Origin: Ostrea edulis
Lineage: Eukaryota
Length of the DNA stretch: 64,000 bases
Reading direction: 5' to 3'
Assembly: GCF_947568905.1 (NCBI RefSeq)
Contig: NC_079171.1
Location: 66,402,001-66,466,000, forward strand
Under the pieces are notes generated by a model that was given only the letters and a program-made list of their open reading frames with translations, ran no database searches and was not told the DNA's origin. This document shows positions 52,804-64,000 of this stretch, piece by piece; position 1 is the first letter of the stretch, and each line of letters begins with the position of its first letter. Position numbers and translations under genes: made by a program.

Positions 52804-55289
52804 GGCATACAACAGAAAAGGAAAACAATTAATACTAAATTGTTCCATGAACATTCTTACTTGTTTTGGAAAGAATATATCTCACCTCTGGACTTCACAG
52901 GTACAGGAAAGGAAGTGGAATACGGAGCGGATCAACGATCATAAATTTAATCAGATTGGGCTATAGCCTAATGACCTGATGAACAGGAGCAAAAGTACAA
53001 TTAATAGGAAAACTGATTTATTAAACATCAGCAAGTCTTTTCCGAGAACTTCTGGTAGAGCTGTCGGGGGGGGGGGGGGGGGGGGGGGCTGAGTTGCATC
53101 ATTATCAGAATTTACCGAAACAGTGGACTCTCTGGCCAGTCTGGGGGCTGAGCTAGTTGCATGAGAACTGACAGAAGCATAACTATTTGGCCAGTCGGTG
53201 GGCTGAGTGGTATCAGAATGTATTATTTATTTATTTTTATTTTTTCAAAATTCAGAAATTTAAAAACTGCATGATCAGATTTTTTTGTAACACTAATAAT
53301 TAATGTCCCTTTATTGCGATGACTCTTCAAGTACAAACCATGATATTTAAAAAAAAAATTAAATGAAATGATAGATAAATAAATAAATAAAATATTTGTA
53401 AGCTACTTTATTTATCTGTGAGTAAGTCACTAATTAAGTGTAACTTTTGGCAGTGCAACTTGCAAGTGAAAATTGCATCATCTGTAGCTTATGACCCCTT
53501 TTGCCTTGCCTTGTAATTAATATTGTTGAAAATTTGGCAAATAGCATTGTTAACCCCCCAGTCCATACCCCACTTTTCTTTAAACGTTAAAAATCCAGCT
53601 AATTCAGTGAGGAAGAAATGTCACTACCATATTTCGAATTTCCTCTAGACTATATCAAATTAAATACCGCGCTACTATCAATCACAGATTGACACTGGTA
53701 GGGGTATGGGGACCTGCTCTGCGAGTATGATGGAAACGATTCTGATGAAAATAAAGATTCACTCATCATTCAGAAATGTATAAACATTGAATTATTGTAT
53801 ACCACAGGTACGTTGTGAGTACGTTAATAATGGGAGTTATCTTTCCTTGGATATCTAAATCAATCAAATACTATATGAACACGGGCAATTATCGTCCATG
53901 TTTGACCTCAGTATAATTTATTCATGCATAAAATGTATTAATATGTCACTCTTTGTTGCGTATTTCACCGTTAAGTAAATGTTTACATATACTCGCTCTG
54001 CTTAATCGCTTCAATCTCAAAGGGATTTTGTGGAATGTGCCTAATCACGTGAGATACGTTAAATATAGCTATTTTAGATCCGAACGATCAACTTCGCATC
54101 ATTCGTAGGCTCTAGGTTCATCCATACTAGCCCGTAAAAATAGGGTGGAACCTCGTCCCACTTTTCCTGTAGAAATAAAAATACAACATGACGCATCACC
54201 TAGCGAGCGTGGTTGTTGCTACTTATTTTCGATTTGTATTTTGTTGTTATTATTGTAGTATGTCGATGAGAATATTTCACATTATTATTACATATAAACA
54301 CAAGTTAAATTTGTATGGTGTTTTTGCCTAGAACATTCAGACAGCATATACATAAACACTGTAGATATAGATATTGATAGGAATATTGTCAATATCCTGA
54401 TATTTCTTCTTCCCGTGCATACTTGTGATAATTCACATTCACTCATTCACGATAGAATATGACACGTCTAGGAAGTGATGAAACTCAACAAAGACAATCA
54501 CATATAAAGGGGGAGGTACCTTGATTAATTTGCAAAGCCTTTTTTCAATCAGCAGGTGTAAATTCAATTGCTGATTCATTTCGCACCATTATGTAGCTAT
54601 GTAAAAACAATAATTGAGAAGAAGTGATACTTGTATCACTTAATGTATATGAAGTAACTTAAGGACTATGTGCATGTTACCATTTTTTTTATAATATATA
54701 AATACTACATTTCATGTAAAATAATTGTTTATTATCGTTTCCAGAGCGCCAAGAAAATTCATAACCTCTGTGCACATTATGCAATTAACATTTATGCTTT
54801 TAAATTGACGACAATGTTTTTTTTTTACACCATTTATATCCAAGCGATGGAATCTATATTTAGATATCTATACCCCCGACAATGGTGGACATAACCCAGT
54901 TGATTTTACCTGCAAGTCGTGTTTTACTGTAAGTGTTGGGATGGAACTGTGTATCACCCATAGCTATGACTTGTATTCATATGTGAAATGTAGTGCTCAC
55001 GAGTGACCGATATAACTACACATGTACGCCATGTTACAACATAAACTATACATGTCCCTATAGAATTAACAATGTTATTGATATAAACCCTAACTCGCAT
55101 ATGAAAATGGCATATGGTAAACAAACGCACCACAATACAACATTAACCGCTGGTATACTCTAGGGTGGAATAATGCGTGTACTTACAAAATTTACAATGT
55201 TATTGATACAAATCCTAAGTCACATATGACAATGTAAATAAAACAAAACAGATATAAGGGGAGTATAAGGTAATCTAGGGTTATTCTTA

Positions 55290-58200
55290 TTTAAGCTACT
55301 GATGTTACCCATGTTTATATTGATTTACCTCAAGTAAACTATTTAGGTTTTTTGTGAAGGGTAAGCATCAACTACATTACTGTAGAGACTGTTGTAGAAT
55401 AAACCAAGACACGGGATTCTGTATTCCCATTTCCTCACTCCATCCCTCGTCTAATCCCCATATTTGTTTTAAGCATCAAATAGCAATACACTGTTTGCAA
55501 ATTCAAACCCTCTCCCCTTAGTGAATATTCCTGGTTATCATATATATAGGTATAAAAACACATGTAGCAATCGATGTATCTAAAATGCAATGCATCCCAT
55601 AGACACTAGCATCAATGTTAAATACAATTCAATATAATGTGAATATGCACAGTAATCATTTATATAAACAATGAATGGTAATATCCAGGGATTAGTTTTA
55701 ACACAACGAATAACTTGATTTTGTTTTAGTTCAATTAGCTGATATATCTACTTATCAAATTGGGGAGTTTAAGATCCCTTTGTTTTCATATTGCAAATAA
55801 CAATAACTTTACCTGAATCATATCGTGGTAAAATGACTACCTATGAATACGTGTTTTTTTTTAATTTTACTTCATGATCGCAAAATATACATACAATCTT
55901 TTTTATGAAAATAAAATATCATATAAAAGCAGAGACAAATCTTTTAAAAGTCAAACACCAGTAAAGCGTTACACAATTTGCTTTCTTCTTTCATGTATTT
56001 ATTTTCTATTTTCGTTGTTATTGTTATTGTTACACTGAGTTATTGAAAAAATCACATTGCTTTGTTGGTGTCCCATAAAACACACGGTATATTGGTAAAA
56101 AGTGCTTGTGTTCAACATTGATATGATATATACATAAAATGGCTTTAGTGATAGGTATTTAGATGAATAGAAAAAGTAATCTTTTATTAATTTGAAATAT
56201 CCATTCAGTCAGATTTTAATTGTCATTGAACTACCTTTCAATCACCTTAAAATAAATATTCAGTCGAATTTCGGACACCATTCAGTCGCCTTTCAGTAAC
56301 CATTTCGTTGCATTTTAGTGAATATCCAGTTACCTTTCAGGCATCAACCAGTTTCGTTTAGTGACCATTCAGTTTCTGTTCTATACCCATGCTGTCACAT
56401 GTTAATCCTCATTGTGTTACATCTACTATTTCAATAAATTTTCAACAATTTGAATGACTTCATTCCATGCACAAGACCATTCAATAGCTCGTCTTAAAAA
56501 CCGTGTTAACTTATTATAAATTATTGCAGTATTCTGTACTGGAACCTGCCATTATTTATGATTTGGTGTTTAACATCCATGTTCATTTGCCTCCTTGTGA
56601 TTAACATTTCATTGATTAGAAAGCCCATATCGCATAGAATTGCTTATATTACCACATTGATCAGAATGTTGAAAATAGCGAACAATGATCAGCATCATAC
56701 CTCCTGTAAATAATTCAAAATAGAAAGATAGGCAAAACCTGGATACACCAGAGGTGGGATGAAGTGCTTAGTCGGAATAAGCATCCCGCGTTGACAGGTC
56801 ATATCCGCATTGAGTTGTATGTGTTGTGATCAGGTAAATTAATATGCTTTTTTCAAAGACTGACTTAAATGTAGATTGAATTTCAGAATGTTGTTATTAT
56901 TTTTACTAATGTTCTATGCAATTGTGCACATACCTATTACATCACAAACAAGAACACCTCAATATCCCTAAAGTTCATCTGATACATTTAACATGTATTC
57001 ATCTTTTCATTTAACTATCAAGCTTCCTGTAAGTACCTTTGTGATCTCACAATAAAAACATACTGTGCATAGCGGATTTTATGTGATATATGACATTAAA
57101 ACACTATAATGGTAAAAATGTCAGGTCCACACAAACATTTCTAACCCTGGAACTTCAATGTTGTGACCGACTAGCCGGAAATGCTTACTCCTCTTAGGTA
57201 TCTATTTTCATCCCTGATGTTTCCAGGAACCAGCGACTGCTCTATCCGTACTTTTATTTTCCTGATGGAATGCGACATATTTCCTATTTCGTTTCATTTA
57301 CCTATTATCTAATACACTCCCTATCAAACACATTCAGAAAAAAGTTCAAATTTATATATGTAAAAGCAATCTTTACCAGGAAACTAGTTTGTATAAACCG
57401 TCACTATACCGGACAAGATAAGGTAACTTTACAAAAAGTACGGTCTTGCCTTCAGCAAAAAATTAAGAGTTGTTGTTCTTTCAGCTATTGGGATTATACA
57501 TGTTTACATTGATTAACTCAAGTAAAATATCGATGCTTTATATATATACCATTATTCAATAGCAATATATTGTTTACTAATTTAATCCGTCAGCTCGTTA
57601 GATAGTCTTCTCGGTTATCATATATACTTATAAAAAGGAAATGTGCACATCAATATATTTGAAATAATGCAATGTGTTCCTTAAATTTTAGCAAAAATGT
57701 AAAAAGAAAAAAAAAAAGACATCAATTCAAAATAAATTGAATCTGCACATTAATGATCTGTCATTAGGATCATGCAGAGCTTAATTTCAGGCATCGAATG
57801 ATGATTCCCTCCATTAATTCATTTCTTCAGAAGCAGTGGTGAAAAATTAACAATGACCTAGATACTTCAAAACACTTTACACGGAAGTGATCACACTACA
57901 CGTACAGCTACAATGGAGTGATACTATACTCCTCATATTACTACATCTAGTTCCGGTTGTTCTTTCTTATTTTCATGAATGGGCATAAGTAGGGTGCACT
58001 CTAGAACAATATGCTTACGCAGCCACTGTAAGTGTTGTATACTAAGGGATGTTAGTTTTCTAGTTCTGTTGCGCTGGTCATTATAATAAAACAACACCCA
58101 TATTGTTTTTGGCTTCTTGACCACCTGATGTTGTACAATCTTCATAATTTGGATAATCATTTCTTGGGATTTTAATCAGATTAGTAAAAGGAAACATTGC

Positions 58201-58660
58201 ACTTCAATGAATGTTATACATCTGTCATAAAAACATGATTGTAGTTAGCTGACATAGTTGTTTATTGAATTCTAAAGTTTAAGTTTCACGATGTCATACT
58301 TAATAGAAAATGCTATAGCATCCGTTCTTTTCATTTTAGGGATTCCTTCGTTCCTATTGACATTTCAGCAGTTATAGTTCAAGACATATATAGAGGTGTA
58401 AAGTATTCTGAGTTTTACAAATGACTGTTCATTGTTTTCATATTACAAATATCAGTGGCTTCATTGGGGCACTTAACGGTGGGGAATGGCTACTTATGTC
58501 TACGTATTTGTGTGTGTTTTTTGTATTTTGATCCATACTCGCAAAGGGTCGGTGTCTTTAAACACACCGTTTCAAAACAAAATACACTATCATATTATAT
58601 AATAGCATATACAATTGATTTACAAGCTAAAAACATATAAAATATGTCACGATTTGCATT
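55290..58660 (+). repeat. Segmental duplication, copy B
   Basis: Matches 48530-52390. Confidence 0.9.
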
Positions 58661-61634
58661 CCTTTTTCACTTACTTTTATTTTATTTTCAGTTATTTTTA
58701 TTTTGTTTTTGTTTTTTTTCATTCCAGTATGTTCTTAAGATTGTTTCATGTTATCATAAAATAAAAACACAAGTTGAATTTGTAAGACGTTTTTTCCTTA
58801 AACGTTTCTATGATATATACATGAAATACTCTAGTTATTGGTATTTAGAGGAATATTGACACAATCTTCTGATATGTCTCCTTCTCCTGCATACTTGTGA
58901 TAATTTATATTCACTCATTCACAAAAAGATATTAAACGCATAGGAAGTGATGAAACCGTACACAGACTACCACATATAAAATGGGGTGATACCTTGATTA
59001 ATTTACAAAACCCTCTTTTTCAATCACCAGGTGTTAATTTTAATTCTTGATTTATTGTGCACCCCTATGTAACTATGCAAGAATAATAATTAAGAAGTGA
59101 TATTTGTATCACTTGATATACAGGAAGTAAATCAGGGACTCTGTGCGTATCAGGAATTGTTTGTGATATAATACTACAGCACCATGTAAATAATTGTTCA
59201 TTGTCTTTTTCAGTGTACCAAGAAAACTCAGGACAACTGTGTGCATGATCTACATCATTTATTTCTAAACGATGGAATTTATATTTTGATGTCTTTACCC
59301 CCCCCCCCTCACAATTGCAGACATAAACCAATATATTTCATGTTATAATGTCCGTGACTGCCGCGTGTAATTTAAAATTTAATAACCTGAACGTCGTGTG
59401 TTAGTGTAAGCGTGCAAATGGAAATAATTGCTACCCCTAGTTGTAACTTGCCTCAACATTTGAACTGTAGGGCTCACGGTGGAGTGACTGGTAGAATTAC
59501 ATAGGTATCATTTGTTATATCACAACAGTAACTGTAAACATAATCCAGGGTGTGTGTACTAACATAATTTACAATTCTATCACACGTTATGAATATGTGG
59601 GTTAATGATAAGCTATTGCGGTTGAAGTTATGTGATTTGGTCAGTTATTTTGAATATGGGACTTTATTTTCCTAAAGTTTGAGAAAAACTTTTAAACCAA
59701 TTTAATGTTACTAGAAAAAAAATTCCAACTGTTATCTCTTTGTTCGCAGTTTTGCACGCACTTCCTATCATGTAAACAGTGAGTATGGGCGACACAAGTG
59801 TTTCTTTGTGAAGGTATATTGGGCAAGTAAGACACCATTTTTAAGAAAAAAAAAGCACATCAAGTATGTTTTTTTGTATTCCAACTTATTTGTCAGATGT
59901 CAGGTGTGATGATACTATTTAGAACTTCTGTTTGTGGAAATACTACTCCATCCCTTAGAACCTACACCCGGTCCGGTGTACAAAAATAAAGTATGACAAA
60001 TAAAGTCATTATTCATCACATACGAGAATGAAAATAAATCATATAGATAATTAAGTTTGTGTCAATGACAGCGAATAATCAAATGACATAGAAAAAGAAG
60101 TCTCTGTCTAAAACAGAGGATGATAAAATAGTACACACAATCAAGTCTCTGTCCATCACAGTGAGTAGTGAACATGCTATAATCAACCAAATGCGTCATA
60201 CCTACACTTATCATCAACTAACACACATCTGACTTTTACATACGTTACATAAACATTCATTGAAATCGTCGATACAATGAAATGAATGTAAAATTGTCTT
60301 AACGTTCCCTGTACGTTCCTCGGTAACCCCACACACATGCCGGTGTACAGCATATTATCACCTGTTGGATGATATTAAGACACTCTATTGGTAAGCATGA
60401 CAGGTTTACACAGAGAAATATATACCCCCGGACTCCACCCTGATCTTTCCTAGAACCCGTGATTATCCTTCTCTCGATTTTGCATTCCTTATGTAATTGA
60501 TGGGATTGATCACCGTTCATTGGTTTGATCTCATATAGATAACATACGCTCTCTAACAAATGCATAGAAAATTTTTTTAAATATTTTGGAAAATGTGTAA
60601 CTTGAAACTATGCTATATAGATGGTAGCTATACCAGAGAACGTAACATATCTTTACAAAACGTTTACTGTCTCAGCAAAACTTGGAGAGTTATGGTTCGT
60701 GTAGTTATACAGATTATATATATTTGCATTGGTTTGTCCTGAGTAAAATGTTTGTTTCTCTGAAGGGCACGATACCAGATACAATACTGGATATATTGTT
60801 TTAGGGTAGTAAACCCAGAAACGCGAGACTGTACTCCCATTTCCTTACACTATATCTTGTTTGTTGTGCTCGTCCTCTCCCTATCATAAGGTAATAACAA
60901 AATACAAAGAATCAAGTAGCATTTATCTATAGCAATAGCATGTTTGAAAATATAAACCCCCCGCTTGTTAAATAGTATTGTTGTTTATCGTATCATAAAT
61001 CACTAGTGTACATCCAGATAGACATCATCTATTTCTGTTCAGTTTTTAAATATTACCATACATATTATATAAGAATATGAATCGGAACATAAATAATTTA
61101 TATACCTAATGCATGGTATCTTACAGTGATTAAATTTAACGAATCGAATAGACTGGTTTTCTTTCCGTTCAATTTCTCATCTCTTCAGAAGCAGTACTGT
61201 ATAATTCACATTGATGTAGATGCTCAAAACTTCATGTAGAAGTCGTCACACTACACTTGTCGTTATCACGGAATGATAATTTACTGTTCAGAGTTCTACA
61301 TGTGGTGTATGTTGTTCTTTGTTATTGCGGTGAAGGGATATAAATAGACTGTACTCTGGAGCTTACACAGCCAGTTTAAGCGGTTTATGTTGTATTTTAG
61401 CGTTCCTAGGTGTCTACTTTAATTAAGTAGCACTGATCAGTTTCATCTGCATGACTACTTCATGCTGTACGGACTACAGAGTGCAGACAATATTTGATAG
61501 GTGTTTGACTCATTTTATAGGTGTTTAAAGGAATGCTATCCAGTTCATGATATCCTGCAAAGTTTTCCGCCTGACTCCTTTTATCTGCTTCCTTCTACTA
61601 AATAATATGCACCGATCCTTAAAAAAATTGAAAC

Positions 61635-61731
61635 ATGCAAGGTGAAGACAACGAACAGTGATCAATCTCATAACTCTTATAAGCAATACAAAATAGATAG
61701 TTGGGCAAACAAGGACCCCTGGACACACCAG
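61635..61731 (-). mobile_element. Penelope-like 3' tail at the junction of two tandem ~1.1-kb units
   Basis: Reverse complement of the distal part of the 24.3-kb tail. Confidence 0.9.
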
Positions 61732-64000
61732 TAGCTTTACAAAGCGTTTACTGTCTTAGCAAAACTTGGAGAGTGATGGTTCGTGTAGTCATACAAATTA
61801 GATATATTTGCATTGGTTTGTTCCGAGTAGAATGTCTATTTTTTATGAAGGGTGCAATACCAAATACAGTACCGGGTATATTGGGTTTTTTTTTTTTTTT
61901 GGGGGGGGGGGTAGTAAGAGTGAGACTGTACTCTCATTTCCTTACACTATATCTTGTTTGTGACGCTCGCCCTTTCCCATTAATTATGGTAATAACAAAA
62001 TTCTAAGAATCAAATAGCATTTATCAATTGCAATAACGTGTTTGGAAATCTAAACCCTTCTCTCGTTAGGCAGTTTTATCATATAAAAAGCATGAATCGC
62101 ATGTGTACATCCAAATAGGTAATATATTTTCTATTCAGTTCTTAAACTTTACCATACACACTATATAAAAGTGTGAATCTGCATGTAAATAATCTATATA
62201 ACTAATGAATGACATCGTAATGTGATTGGATTTAACGCATGGGATATATTGATTTTCTTTCTGTTCATTTACTCATATCTTCAGAAACAGTACCGTATAA
62301 TTCACATTGACGTAGATACTCAAATCCTTCATACGGAAGTCATCACACTACCCGTGTCGTTATCATTGAGTGAGAATTTACTCTTCAGAATTCTACATAT
62401 GGCTGCGGTTGTGGTTTGCTATTTGGGTGAAGGTATAAAAATAGACTGCACGCCGCCGCTTACACAGCCAGTTTAAGCGTTATGTGTTATTTTGTTCCTA
62501 GTGGTCTACGTGAATTGTGCACCACTGATCAGTTTGATCTGTCTGACCACTTCATGCTGTACAATTAAGTACCACCGATCAGTTTCCTCTGTCTGACCAC
62601 TTCATGCTGTGTGAACTTCATAGCATGGTGAGTCTTTGTCGCTGGATATGCTGATTGGTGTTTAAAGGAATACTGTCCATTTCATAATGTCGTGAATTTT
62701 TTTTCTGCCCGAGTTAGTTTTATCTGTTTCCTTCTGCTAAATCAAAATCACTCATCCCTGCGATATTTGAAACATATATGAAGTGACGAAAATGCACACA
62801 GAATGCATACAGAAAAGACAGGGTGTATTTATTAATTTGCAAAACTTTCTTCAATTATCAGTTGGTAATCATAAGTCAGGGAATATTTCTTAAATGTTAT
62901 ACTTATACAACTATAAGAATGGTGATTAAGGATATTTAATATACAGAGAGTTAATTAAGAACTATGTTAATCTATTCCTACAATATTTACATTGTAATAT
63001 AGACCAATTTTTATTGTTTCCCTCAGTGCACTGAGGAATTTCAATGTAAACTGATGCAACTGAAGTTTTTTTTTTATTCTTAAACGAACGACACTTCTTT
63101 TGCACCGCATCGACATTTAATCTATCGAATTTAAATTTATTCATATATCATTTCTCATGATAGAGGACATGAGCTGTTATTCTTGACAGTCGCGTGGAAC
63201 TTAAAACATTTAAAGAAATAAATGACTGTGTTACTGTAAGCAATGTAACGGTAATATATATCATTCATTGTCATGATTTCTGGTAAGAAAGTGTATATAC
63301 GGGTTACAAACATGCCTTTTGTTATATTACAACATTGACTCTGAGCATACACAATTATGCATTTAAAATGTGAACCTCGGAATTTACAATTTATAGATGC
63401 AAATTTTTAATGGTTTAAGATAATACAGTTGAAAGAAGACATACATATGCATTTAGTAAAAGCTTATCGATGTGTGGGTTAATGCCAATCAATTGTGGTT
63501 GATGTTATATGATTCGACCAATCATTAAAATATCTGGAAATTAGATTTTCTGACAGCTTGACAAAATTGTTTTGTTATAAACAGTCCGACGTGACGATCA
63601 AAACAATATCTTCTGTGTATCCCAATTATGTCTCTGATATCTCTTTTCACAGCGCCATACACACTTCCTATAATGTAAACAAACATGGGGTGACTGATGA
63701 ACGGATCTGGGCGAAGCAGTAGTTTCTTTGTAAAAATACTCGGAACATGTAAGCAGAATATTTAACAAGAAAAGAAGAAGAAAAACGTCACTCGTGTTTG
63801 CGCTTCCACATGATTGTCGAATGCCAGTAGTTAGTAAAAAAAAAAAATATAGCATTTGTGTACGTGGAATTACTACTTCAGAAGTCAGAGTCTAAAACCG
63901 GTGTACTATAAAGGGGATAAGGTTAAGTCTGATCAAATACAGAAAATAATAGGATGACATAGATAACTATGTTACTTTCCATCACAATGGAATGGTATAT

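Larger units (their letters stand above)
39605..62750 (+). repeat. Array of ~8 diverged copies of an unidentified ~1-kb unit
   Basis: Copies begin near 39605, 41600, 48465, 51070, 55285 (partial), 57370, 60630 and 61732. Shared blocks include CAGCAAAA..AGAGTTGTTGTTCTTT, CATGTTTACATTGAT, GGAAGTCATCACACT and TTCCGGTTG. Confidence 0.85.

Noticed and set aside
62222-62560. Hydrophobic plus-strand ORFs resembling a GPCR (also 61701-62006)
   Set aside because: The frames are not preserved in paralogous units, and no GPCR signature motifs are present.

Overview
AT-rich, repeat-dense eukaryotic DNA, most likely from a bivalve (oyster-like); this is inferred from the repeat families. There is one 157-bp N gap and no intact host gene. 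The first 17.5 kb holds two large decayed transposons. One is an internally deleted Academ-type DNA transposon (5537-9097) with long TIRs and a TAT target-site duplication. The other is a tyrosine-recombinase (Ngaro/DIRS-type) retrotransposon with gag, RT/RNase H and YR. It carries an SGNH hydrolase ORF upstream of gag, has two internal minisatellites, and is interrupted by a 945-bp MITE whose removal restores the pol frame. The middle holds Penelope-like RT copies without a C-terminal endonuclease (probably Naiad-type), remnants of CR1-like, L1/Tx1, Tc1 and Gypsy elements, SINEs and small satellites. From about 39.6 kb to 62.9 kb there is a nested array of about 8 diverged copies of an unidentified ~1-kb unit, with inverted pairs of old Penelope-like tails and repeatedly inserted young tails. 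Family assignments rest on motif recognition by eye, not on database searches.
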